Under the pieces are notes generated by a model. It worked only from the letters and a program-made list of their open reading frames with translations. It searched no databases and had not been told where the DNA came from. A DNA stretch of 64,000 bases from Marsupella aquatica (Eukaryota > Plantae > Marchantiophyta), in NCBI GenBank assembly GCA_973895155.1, contig OZ316897.1, positions 20,610,160 to 20,674,159 of the forward strand. Reading direction: 5' to 3'. Below, in pieces: positions 11,627 through 23,400 of this stretch. Position 1 is the stretch's first letter. Each line of letters opens with the position of its first letter. Made by a program: the position numbers and the translations under genes.

Positions 11627-13270
11627 TGTCATAAGCCGTAAGAACACAAAAGTAACCAAATATCTTTATAAACTCGGAATTCGATCCCTTTAGGAACAGA
11701 ATTGGAATAGATTGAATGATATAGTAATTTTGAGAGGTTTAGAGTCTCTTACTCTATATAACTCAAATTTTCCTTATAGGAGAATTAAATAAACTAACAA
11801 AACACAAGCAAGGAAAACCTCCTGAATTAAGAATAAAGGTAAGTTTCAATTGAGTGAGATAATTATCAATTTGATATTGCCACTCCTTTAAAAAGGACTA
11901 TGGTCTTATTGTATACAAATGAAATCTCTTTAAACTCATCTGAACTCTCATTAAATCCATAACAATACTGATTGAAATATTTATGCTCACCAAACCCAGA
12001 GTAATTTTTTGATTACAGGTACTAAGATATCCACTATTATGCCGTCAACATGAATTGATTATTAGCGATGCGCAATTTCAATCAATCACTAGTGAATATA
12101 CCAGAGTACATGAATGGTATTAGCTAGTATAAAAATGGAATTTTTGCTTATCTCAATCCAACATTGATTCTCAAATTGGCTAGCAAATCTCATCTGAGCA
12201 AGTCTAGCAGTGAATTCGACATGAATCTCAAAAGACTATGATTGTAATTCAGGCACAGAGGACATCTTCTAAATTCACTCACACAACACATAACATATAT
12301 TTTACTTCCATACAAGACTCTCTTATTACAATGGAAGGAGGGAACCTATCCAGAATTCTGATATCTGAATAAAATTGTGCCCCCCTAAAATGAGTAAATC
12401 GTGAGGTTTTATAGGTAAAGGTTCTAGCTGAAAATGCATGACCTTTCAAACCTCAAATATCTAAAAGATAATCCTAGAAAAGATGGAAAAAGTATTTGAA
12501 AACGTAGTGGACGCTTCAGAAAGCGTCGATGTTTCTAGTAAAACTAATAAATAGTGATCTTAATCTAATTTTAACTTCTAAACTAAAAGTTGGAATAAGT
12601 TGAAACTTTTCTAGGGTACTCTACTACATATAATCTCTATGCTGGCAAAGTTTTAGACTTTTCTGAGATCTCTAAGTGCCTCAAATAAATCGGTAAAAGT
12701 GGCGTGTTATAAAAGTGCGAAAACTGAAAATATTTCTAAGTGTCGGGAACATAGTGGACGCTTCAAAAAGCGTCCAAAACTACAAAGGACTTTTGTGGAC
12801 GCTTTAGAGAGCGTCGGCTGGATTTTGAGGTTTCAGTCGTAGCGTCCGGCTTCTGGTCTTCGGGCGGGACGCTTCCGTGGGCGTCGTAGTGTCGATATCG
12901 CCTTTGGGGTAGCGGACGCCTCAGAAAGCGTCCTCACTTAGCGGCTGTATTTCAAAGCGTCGCTACCTTCACTCTTCCGGGTCCGTATAGTTACTTCTTC
13001 ACCAACGGACGCTTCAGAAAGCGTCGTGGATTCCGTGGTATCGGTGACGGACGCTTCAAAATTTGGTGTCGCATCTGGCTGGCTGGCGTCACATATGGAC
13101 ACCTCAGCTGTGTTGGGCTTTCTTTCTCTTTGGACTGGGGACGCTTCAGAAATTGTCCGTGCATGGAATATGGACACCTGAATTAAGCGTCCTATTGGAG
13201 TGGACGTTTCAGAAAGCGTCGTCTTTTGCCCAAAAAGGTTTGAAAAATTATGAATTTGCCCTTATTGACA
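11627..13270. mobile_element. Probable solo LTR / LTR remnant
   Basis: Begins TGTCATAAG and ends CTTATTGACA (imperfect terminal inverted repeat, TG..CA); non-coding; internal repeated hairpin GGACGCTTCAGAAAGCGTC. Only a 3-bp TAT flank match, no clean 5-bp TSD. Confidence 0.5.
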
Positions 13271-14379
13271 TATTTCAACAAAAGTCCCCTTTCTACACTT
13301 ACTTAGTATTCCAAAAGAAACCCACCATGGGCAGGCAAGACAAGCATGGATAGAGATGATGATTTGCAACCTCGAGGGCTAGCACTTATGGTAGATTCAA
13401 AGCAACTTACATTTGGCATGAGGACATGCTCATGGGTTAGAACTTCATTAGTTCATTTCATTATTGCTTGATTCAGTCTCACAAAATAAGGCAGGCTGCT
13501 TCAGGCATTCTATTGCACTACCATGATACTCCTAGTTCCTTTCCTCCTCTTTCGCATATTGATTTTTGCAACAAATTAACAATTTTATTTTTTTACAAAT
13601 TAACATTTTTTGCACCCTCCATTTAACTTATGCCCCAGAGTCATGGTCTAGAGTGAAAACAGACCAAGGGAGTAGCTTTCAATTGCGATTATCCATCGGG
13701 GCTTAATATCCCAATTTAATACATTGTTCACTTAATTCACAACAAATCCTTTGGTTGAGCAATTGAGTATTTTTAGTTGTTTTTCACTTTCCAGTCTTGC
13801 TAATGGATCATTACATCTTGCAGTTAAGTGGTTTCACTCTCATTTTTGTTTGGAAGGTTTAGTTCTCAAGTACATCTTTTGATTTGGCTAACATCTAGCC
13901 CTCTCAGATAGCCTGATTTGTGATGTCTTCCATTTGGCGCCCTCAACCACCACTACACCTACAAAGAGCTACAGGTTATCCATACCTCTCATTATAAAGT
14001 GCACAGGTTCAAGAATGGAATGGGCTTGAGCTCCACAAAAGTTGGTGAGTGCTTCACCTTTTATTGGCAAGTGCTCCACCTTTTATGGTGAGACATTGTT
14101 CACCACATACAAGAATGAGGACTAGTGAGGGAGGAGATGGGGCTTTCATATGAGCAGGTGTGGTTGGCAATGCTGACCAATTGTGCCATGGAGCATTGAA
14201 TATAGCAGCACCATTTTGCAGAATAGCATGACTGAACAGGCCGAAAATAGATGAGGTTAATCAGTGTTTTATAGAGATAGGAATGCAATAATGAGTGTTT
14301 GGCTCAATGTTGCCACTTACAAGTGAAGGACTTTAACCACACCCTTATCATGACATATACACTGTATGACATCACTCCA

Positions 14380-14790
14380 TATCATGATAAATCTTGTTAA
14401 TATTTTCTTTAAATCAATGAGTGCACACCGTAAAGTACCACATTTTGATGTGCGATTACCGGCAGGGCTTGTCTTCGATCAAGCCAACTTGAAGAAGCAA
14501 AGATAGTGGGATCTCGTGTAGTAAGGTTGTATGTGCTGCGATGGGGAATGTAGTGTTGGTGCCCAAACCATGATAAATCTTGTTATTTTCTTTAAATCAA
14601 TGAATGCACGCCGTATATTACCACATTTGAGGTGCGATTACCGACAGGGCTTTTTCTGAGCCGAGAAGCAAAGACAGTGAGATCGCGTAGGTACGGATGT
14701 ATATGCTGCGATGGGGAATGGAGCGTTGGTGCTCAAATCAGAGATGTTTGACTCAGAGACACTTTAGGAACGCCTTACAGCCATTTCATA
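14380..14790 (+). pseudogene. Two tandem short fragments paralogous to the N-terminal domain of the TPR-CHAT gene
   Basis: TATGTGCTGCGATGGGGAATGTAGTGTTGGTGCCC (14530) and its copy at ~14700 match 22812-22850; GGAACGCCTTACAGCCATTTCA (14767) matches 21193. Confidence 0.75.
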
Positions 14791-15749
14791 ATGCGCTTGC
14801 AAGCTTCATGCATGTTTGCAGTCCATTTGGATCCCCAAACTGCCTAGACTAGTGCTTTTGAGACATTTGCTTGATCAGACCTCAAAATGAAAAGTGTTAC
14901 TTGATGAAATCCTGAGTGATCCAGACCGTTGATTGACCTTGAGTCAAATGAAACGTGTTACTTGATAGGACCCCTAAGTGATCCAGACCGTTGATTGACC
15001 TTGAATCAATGTACCCAAAACTCTAGGGTCCTATCAAGTAGGCCAAATTCATTTTGGGGTCTGATAAGCAAATCCATGAGCACTGTGGTCACACCTGGCT
15101 TTGTGTCCAAGTTTGATGATGTTTAACTTGACTACTTTCCAAGAACCAGTCCCACTAATGGGCCTCAACCTTCTCGAATTAATGTGAGTATGCTGGCATG
15201 GTTTTTAGTGACCACCAATTTGTCAATAGTCACTGGAAGGTCCCATTCTGTTTGAAGCAATCTGGGACTTGTGTCTTTGTCAGGAAAGCACTGGCTTGCC
15301 ATAATGGTTATATGCCTAGCGGGAACCTGCTGGAAGAGCTGGTTAAACCACTAAATATAGTTTTGTGAAATTTACAAGTGACGGTACCGTAAAGAATGTG
15401 TGCCTTTTTCTTAAAAAAATGTCTCTAGGTTGCGCTCTGCATTCTGTACCTGCACATTGTGTGATTGTGTTTGATCGAAACAATACGGGAAACATTATGA
15501 AGGTGCTGTGCTTGGGCCAATTCTTAATTTAAGTTTAGAATGTGGATGAATGCGGTATTCCTGTGCTCCCACTCCATTTCTGACTTGTGAAATCAAATTA
15601 AGAACTTGTGCAGTGTTTTACGGTGGACTTCTATCTATCCATTGGGCTGTACTATCTGTCCCATGACATTCACAGGACCCATAGGACGTTCCCCTCAATC
15701 AGTGCACTGAAGAGTTAAAATACCAAGCCAGAGAGGTGGACATTGAATT

Positions 15750-16781
15750 GGATTGGATTGGAAATCTCAAACAATTTGAATCAATTCTCGATCATCACCT
15801 TCCACGTCCATGTTTCCTGACTCCATCACAAGTGTATCTATCTGCCTCGTGTAGTCTTCGACAGAAGATCCTCCTGACATTTGAATCTCAAGACTTTCGG
15901 TCTTAAGATCGAATTTTCTTGGAGAGCTGCCGATTCATACTTCTTCAAGGAAGCCACAACGCAGCGGAATCATCCCTGTGTTTTGTTCACAATAGGAATA
16001 CCTGAATTGCTGACTGTAGCGGTAAATATGATTGCTCGCTCTTTCTCTTTACGCACATCAGTGGTCGATCACTGCAGCGGAAGAAGCTGCTGTGCAACAG
16101 GCTGCAGTGCCATGGTCTCTTCAAAAGCAGGTTCCTGTACAGCCGCCTACTGATGCTCAGTGTGGTCTTGAACATCATCTTGCTCTTGCTCTTGCTCTTG
16201 ATCTCCTGCTTGTCAACTTCATCGTCTCCGTTAGATGAGCTAGGACTGAGATCAGTAGGTGGCGCAATACGAGTCAAGCCCTTAGGAGAGCTAACGACGT
16301 CCCACAGGTCGTTCTCTCGAAGGATCTGTTCTATCTGAACGCGGTAGTATTGAGCTCCAACTTATTTATCACCTCTAAGACGATCACCTTGGTCATATCA
16401 AGAGAATTAGGCCTCTCTGCGTGTTGTGCTGAGCAACTACAGTGCTTAATTTTGATAAATTCAGAGCCTGGGCTCTGATACCATGTGGATGAATAGGATT
16501 CCAAGCCCCTCAAAGAGAGGGCCAACGATGAACACAGGCCCCACAACTACCGAGAGACAAATCTCTTTCTCAGTCTCTCTCTCTCCATCTGTAGGATCAT
16601 GCTACCACTCCCTGATTTCAGGAAAGTAGACTAAATTTGAGCAAACCAGGTGAATCAGGTTTGACCAGCGACAGTAGTGGTTTAATCTAGTGGGGCACAA
16701 ACTAATCTAATGGTACGTAAGTCAACAAGTGGACCTAACGTAAAAGCTTGCAACGTGTGAGGCATGTAGGGTGCCCTTACA
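15750..16781 (-). mobile_element. Truncated Ty1/copia element: 5' LTR (~16484-16781), tRNA-Met PBS (16472-16483) and degenerate gag
   Basis: Minus strand reads ...CA TGGTATCAGAGC (canonical Met-i PBS); putative LTR bounded by TGT..ACA; downstream frames give gag-like ILRENDLWDVV and LKKYES segments with frameshifts. Confidence 0.75.
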
Positions 16782-17566
16782 TCAAGCTAATGAAGCAAAT
16801 GACTCTATTCAGAAGCGGATACTAGGTAAGGTTGTCTTGAGTGGAAATGACAAACAGAAACTGTCTTTAGTGTCTAATCATTTGTGCCCAGGAACGAGGT
16901 CGATACCCCAACAAAACTTCAGTCCTTTTGAAATATGTCGACCAGAAAATGCTTCACAACAATCCCATCATAGCCCACAACTTTCATCGCCGAATTTCAT
17001 TTCCAGATGCTTTTCCAGCTCCTCTGCAACATCTGCAATTTCCAAATTCTTCTTCCTGGACTGAGGATCGGCTGCATAGCACACTTGAATTGTCAAAATA
17101 GAGCCAGAGACTCGCCGAATATTGTTCTCAAGAGTCAATATGAGTGACTTATTACTCATCTAGAATGTGTCATGTATGTGAATGTACACAGTGTCCAAAC
17201 AATTGATCGTCTTTCTGCGCATAAGTCAGATAATATCCGAAGCACCACCTCGATCTCCCTAACTCCGATCACTTACCTCTCACCAGCGTTTTCCTGCTGA
17301 AAACAAGGAAAATGGATTCAGTTGACTTGCTGAAACACCCCTCCTTTTTCAATTCAAAGCGACATGGTCCTCGTTTGAAAACATTGCGGTCCGGAAAGAG
17401 CACCTTCGAATCGCTGTTGCACATGAGAAACACCTTCAGTAAGTTAAGCTGCATGCATGGCGCTTTGAAGATAACATCCAGGAAATGAATCGCAGCCACT
17501 CTCTGCGACCACCGTCTTCAAGAGTCGGTTCAAAACAATGAACACTGCAATGATTCTGGTAGAAGC

Positions 17567-18727
17567 TTACTTTTGTTCAATGTCGTGTTTCATACCGCTT
17601 TTTGTGGGGTAATACAACTTGAACTCAGCCTTCGGTAGATGAGCATAAGTCAGGACAGAAAAGAAGCGATACTCGTTAACAGACATTGTGAAACGCAGGG
17701 AGCCATTGTCCGGAACGACATAACCAGCAGCTTCAGAGGCTCGACGTCCATTACCTTCGTCTGACTCGCCTTCCAACATTAGCCATGCTTCTTCATAGCC
17801 TTTTTGGGATTCAACCGTTACAAGACAGGAATCATTGTCACTGTCAAGATCGGCCGCGTCTATGAGTTTGCGGACCATGCCATTTTCTATTTCTGCCGGG
17901 GCGGGGGTGGCCGGATTGACATATTCCTGATCTCTGACCACTTTTTCACCAACCGACCTCACCTCCAGTTTAATCTGCTCCATCATCAGTGTACTCCTTC
18001 TGTTGTACTCAGATTGATCCTGAGACAGCTGCTGTTGCTGAACGACAACCATGCTTACATTCGAATTGACCGACTCCATAGCTCTAGGGATTTCAGCGAC
18101 TTGATTATGTATTTCAGCGACACGATCATGTGTTTCAACGCTGATTTTATAGGTTCTTACACCAAGAGCTTTCATCAAGTCGCCCAAGCTCTTTTCAAGC
18201 TCAGCGCGCAACTGCTCCACCTTCTTTTTCTGCTTGGTTGCGGATCCCTGTTGGTGCAATACGTTCTTGACGACTTCCCGAGCCCTATAACTCCCCTCTC
18301 TTTGCTTGTCGTCCAGTTGATACTTTTTCACTTTTGAATCCACCTCAATCAGCGTCGACTGTAATTCTTTTAGGACAGATTCCAAGAAAGGTCGGTCAAT
18401 CTGGTTTAGGGAAATCCTCCCCTCTAAACCGTTCACAAATTCAGTTCTGACAACCTCTATCGCAGAACTTGTGTCCACCTGCATCGGGGAAGCTGTGTCA
18501 ATCTCGATCGGGGAAGCTGCGCCAACCTCCCTGGAATACGTTGGGTCAACTTCCTTCAGTAAAGTCTCCACAAATTCAACTTGTGTGATGAGGTCTTTAG
18601 TCTTCTGTGGTGCATTTTTCAGGTCGTCCTTAGCTCGCAGAATCGCCCTGACTGTTAAAAAAATACACTTGCCCAATTGCTCAAGTAATTGAGCTCCTGC
18701 CGCCGCCTCGCCTAGTCCCGTCGCCAT
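17567..18727 (-). CDS. Protein with a HeLo-like/SesA-like (four-helix-bundle type) N-terminal domain, coiled coil and unknown beta-rich C-terminal region; probably has further 3' exons (~17500-17275, ~17070-16968)
   Basis: Open 386-codon frame from ATG 18727 (MATGLGEAAAGAQLLEQLGKCIFLTVRAILRAKDDLKNAPQKTKDLITQVEFVETLLKEV), resembling the K.AP.E...L..EV..L...L pattern of fungal STAND N-terminal domains; GTAAGC donor at 17570 overlaps the stop. The CDS is well supported, the domain call is moderate. Confidence 0.7.
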   Translation of the reverse strand: MATGLGEAAAGAQLLEQLGKCIFLTVRAILRAKDDLKNAPQKTKDLITQVEFVETLLKEVDPTYSREVGAASPIEIDTASPMQVDTSSAIEVVRTEFVNGLEGRISLNQIDRPFLESVLKELQSTLIEVDSKVKKYQLDDKQREGSYRAREVVKNVLHQQGSATKQKKKVEQLRAELEKSLGDLMKALGVRTYKISVETHDRVAEIHNQVAEIPRAMESVNSNVSMVVVQQQQLSQDQSEYNRRSTLMMEQIKLEVRSVGEKVVRDQEYVNPATPAPAEIENGMVRKLIDAADLDSDNDSCLVTVESQKGYEEAWLMLEGESDEGNGRRASEAAGYVVPDNGSLRFTMSVNEYRFFSVLTYAHLPKAEFKLYYPTKSGMKHDIEQK

Positions 18728-20475
18728 GTTGCAAGTCCCTGTAACGAATCTGCAGATAGATGTGAAACCCAGAAAAGTTGGTTTTGATTGATGCAACAAC
18801 TATTTCTACGAATGTCCTGTGTGGTGGTGGATATCGTTCTCTGAGCATATCTCACACGAAGTTCCTGAAATCCACTTTGAAATTCTTGCGTTCAATACTA
18901 CATCCTAAGTCTCCAAGGTTCCAAAGCTTCTGTGATTCTTTTGCAGACACTGCCTGAATGAAGACTATTTGCCCCCAGGGTACGTTACCCTTGTAGCACA
19001 TATGACACCTTATTACAAAGGAAATCACATTTCTGCTGATAAAGACATCTTAGTTCCGCAGAAAAGAGTATGTGCTGACGGGCATTGGAGATTCTAAGAA
19101 CATTGGAGGGGCTCGTTCACAAGCTTCAACTAGTACTTGAATAACCCATGCTATCTGCACTCTTTGGGTGACCAGTCAAGGGGCTCCTATCAAGAAACTT
19201 TCGCAAGCAGAGAGAGAGAGAGAATTACAGTAGGTACACACGTCTGTACTGCAGCAGGCCACCGGTTCCTCAATCCACCAACTTCGTGCGGAAGTCTTCG
19301 AGCGCACAGCAAGAATGGCCCTCAGTCGACCAGGATGGCGTCATAAACACGTTATGCTGGGCTAACAAGAACACAAAACTCACAGCGATCGAAATCTCAG
19401 AGGAACACGAAAAGAATGGACTCCCGCACCCGCCCATGCGAGCAGAGACAGAGGAAGAATAGAACTTTATGATGGGAAGAAGGCAATGGGGACCGAGAAG
19501 AACTCCAGCGTGTTATGGAGGCCAACCAGGATATATGCAGAATCCGCTCCTCCCGAACCTACAGTAGAATGTGCCCTTAGTGCGCAAGTGCCCTTAGTGC
19601 GCTTTCAATGGGACCCCTCGTGCCCATGACGAAAGCTATGTGGTCACAAAAAGCTGAACAAAAAGGTATGTGACAATAAAATATTGACAATACTGTGGAC
19701 AATAGGGTTTGGGCCATTTCGGGCCCACATTACAAGTCCCCCCCCCCCAACGAGCTGTTTCCTTGTGCTTTCAGCTTCTCTATTCCATTTCCCGGTCAAC
19801 GCACTTTATATGCACCATCATTATCTGCAACGAGTACCATACTCGTAGTTGTTTCGTTTCCATATGCATGATGATTCAAATGATTCGTCACTGAGTGTGA
19901 CACTCAGGCGGAGAGCTCAAATGAGAGCTCAAGTGACGACGATGAGAGCATGAGAACTTGGGTGAGACAGAGCTCGGATGAGGGCTTGAATTTGACAATT
20001 TACAAAGATTTTGAGACTGCAATGATGGGCAAGTGAGCTTGGCCTGGCTTGACTGCAATTGAGGCGATTGTAGAGCTTTCATCTTTTGAACTGTGGCTGA
20101 TAAACCTGCTTGACCGTCGGTACGGGACTCACGAATGAGACTTTTGTCGCACGTTTGAGTTTGGAGTTTGAAGGTTGTCATAATGATTACCGTGAAGGTT
20201 CTGAAGCTCATGTTACCAGCGTAGTCATCACCCAATCAATAGGAACATTGTACTGAGGAGTTACGTATCTATAATTTGGGGTGTTTATGTCAGTCCTGGG
20301 TTTCGGCCTGTATAGTTGGTATCCAGGTTACTGGACTCCTGAATATGATTTCGATCTCAATCTTATGCAAAGTCAGTTCGTTAGAATCTTATGCAAAAAT
20401 CCTATGCAAAATGCTAGCTTGAGATGGCGTGCAACAGGCTGAGCTGAGAAAAGTGTCAAGATTCCTGTGAAATCG

Positions 20476-23400
20476 ATGGACGAGAATCTCAGAAGCGGTT
20501 TGGGGGTTAAGGAATTTGCATCCCACAGCCATGAGGAGGTTGTCCATTCTGTTGATGGTGAGAATGTCGACGACCCCATCAGAAAGGTGAAGGAGGATGA
20601 GAGCAACGCAGTGGAAGAGACAATTGATGTGCAGCAGCCCTGTGGAGAGGACGTGGACCTGGATGTAGTACTGGCACTAGGTACAGAGTGCCTTGATGGC
20701 ACAGTTGAAGGCAGCTTGGAGGAGCTTCAAGAGGCCAAAATGTTACTTGTTAACTGCATGAGCCTGATCTGTGAGCACAGGAACCAATTGGAATCCAGAT
20801 CTGATCTTCGAACAAAGATTGTCGACTTTGCTTCAAGGTTTATGTATGTCCTCTTCCGCCTCGGAGATTACGAGGAATGCATTCGTTGGTTCTACATGGG
20901 GATAGGTACAAAGGATGGGTTGGAAGGAGCTCTTGAAAGCTCCGGTAGCGTGCACTACAACGTTGCCATATCCTTCCTGAAGACAGCTGACGTCAGACCT
21001 GATCGACAGAGGCTACAGGATTTGATCTGCAGAGCAATCCACCACTTGAACAGGACTTGCGTTATCCAAGTGGAGGACTTTCATAGCCTGCTCAAGCTGC
21101 AAAATAAAGTTACGCTCGAAGCGACCGGGATCATAGCCGTCACACTGGGGCGTTTATTGTTGGTGCCCGGAGAGATGTTTGAGAAGCTGCTTGGAACGCC
21201 TTACAGCCATTTCACAAAGCAGCAAGTTGTACATTTGCTGGACGAAGTTCTTGTGTCAGCGGTAGTCATGAAAGTGAAGGGTTGGCTTGCCGAAGCAGAA
21301 GTCGTCCTGAGAATGGGATTGACATTTGTGTCAAATATTGAAGATCAGGAAATGAGGGATCGGTTTTTTGAATCTATTCAGACAGCGTTCCGCAATTCCT
21401 ACGAATCTACATACCAGAATCCCAAGATCCATGAGGTATGAACATTTTCTAAGACGCAATATTCATATTTTGTGGAGTTCACAAAAGGAACGAGAACCGA
21501 TTCCTTTTCGCTCCCACTTGTTTGTAATTTGAAATTGAAGCCCAGAAGGACTTCCATGTTCGACAAACGCTCGAATCGATTTCGCAACCGGAATCGACCT
21601 CAACAAAACCCCTTTTCTACTGGGATCGTACACTTTAAACTCGCGATACAAGTATCACAAAACAACAAGATAGTTTCTGAAGCATTCTCAACTCTCGAGG
21701 ACTGTTAGAGATATTAATTCATTGGAATGATTTTTCGAGAAGATACAAACGAAACCACAAGCAATAATTTTGGTTTTACATCAAGGGAGATATCGAAGAT
21801 CAAGGCATGCTACTTAAAATGCAAGTTAATTTGCTGAATGAGTATCTTCAAATTGATGTTGTCAATGTAAGTAATATACGTGTAAGAAAAGCTTGATTGC
21901 ATTTGAGTTGGTACAATGTGTGCGGAACAGTTGATGTGCTGCAAACTTTGAAGCTCTCAGTAGTATACTCTTCGGTTTATGTTTTACATTTCAGTCCCGC
22001 TAACAAACGGTTCTTTTTATTCCAAGAATTCCTCAAAAGGAAAAGCAGATGGGTTGCTGATAGCGGCGAGCATCGTAATTAGACAGAATACATATTTGAT
22101 GCAACACTTCTCAACATCGAAGCGTCCTAGATATCCAGTGTCTTATCCAATGCAATGGGCTGTCTTCAATGTGCAGATTGAGCTGAGAAAAGCATTGCAA
22201 TCGAACTTTGTGGAATCGACGAACAAGAATTTCAAAAGTGCTGGGGCTGGGACAGAAATTGCATCCACCAGTAGCAGTGCTGAGATGCAGCAGCCCTGCG
22301 GAGACGAGATGAAGCTGGAGGTAGTTCTAAGGCTAGGTCAAGAGTGCCTTAATCTCACAGGTGAAGGCAGCTCGGAGGAGCTTCAGGTGGACAAAATGTT
22401 ACTCATTCACTACATGAGCCTGATCGTTGAGCACAGGAACCAATTGGATTCCAGGTGTGATCTTCAGACCAAGATTGGCGACTTTGCTTCAAGGTTTTTG
22501 TATCTCCTCTTCCGTCTTGAAGATTACGAGGAATGCATTCGTTGGTACGACATGGGGATAGGTACAAAGGATGCGTTAAAAGCAGCTCTAGAAGCCTCTA
22601 GTAGCGTGCAGTACAACGTTGCCATCTCTTTCCTCAAGAGATCTGTTGGCAGTGATGATCTACAGAGGGTGAAAATAGATGAGGTTAATAAATGTTATAT
22701 GGAGAGAGGAATGCACTGTTTGGTTCTATGTTGCAACTTACAAGTGAAGGACTTTGACACCCTTGTCTTCGAGCCAAGAAGCGAAGTGGGCGTTTGTGTA
22801 GGTACAGGAGTGTATGCTACGATGGGAAATGTAGTGTTGGTGCCCGAATCAGAGTTGTTTCAGAAGCTGCTTGGGAAGCCTTGCAATGATTTCACGGACC
22901 AGCAATTGGAACAATTACTGAACGAAGTCATGGTGTCAACGACAGAAATGCAGGACAAGGGTTGGCTTGTAGAAGCAGAAGCCGTACTGAAAATGGGGTT
23001 GACGTTTGCGTCAAAAATCGAACGTCAGGAAATGAGTCATTGGTTTCTTGATTGTGTTCTGCAACAGCTTCGCAGACTTTACCGATTTAGAGGCGAGTAT
23101 CAGATGGCTGCTGAGACATTTCAGCTGTCGAATTACTCTCAGAAAGGTTCTAAATTTAAGGAAAGACAACTGAGGGAGTCCGAGAGAGCAGAGGAATGGT
23201 CAATTGCAGGTGATCACAATCAAGCCATAAATATAATAACCGCAGCATGTTCTTCCGTCGATGCCGGTGATGCTCGGGACGTTTCCCTTCCAAATGAAGA
23301 CTGGAAGCTTGAAGCTCATCTGAAATTCACATATGGTAGAATCCTTGAAAGGGCAGGGCGCACAGATGAGGCTATCAAGCAGATGGAAGAAGCTGAAGCT

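Noticed and set aside
17804-18337. 177-aa plus-strand ORF and other antisense ORFs over real genes
   Set aside because: Shadow frames of the opposite-strand CDS with no protein-like motifs.
19340-19750. Possible LTR with polypurine tract (..CATTACA AGTCCCCCCCCCCC)
   Set aside because: No partner LTR, TSD or internal coding sequence could be confirmed; it may just be promoter-region sequence.
21979-22176. First 66 codons of the 1216-aa ORF as the true N-terminus
   Set aside because: Homology to the duplicated exon starts at the acceptor at 22177, so the upstream part is probably intron.
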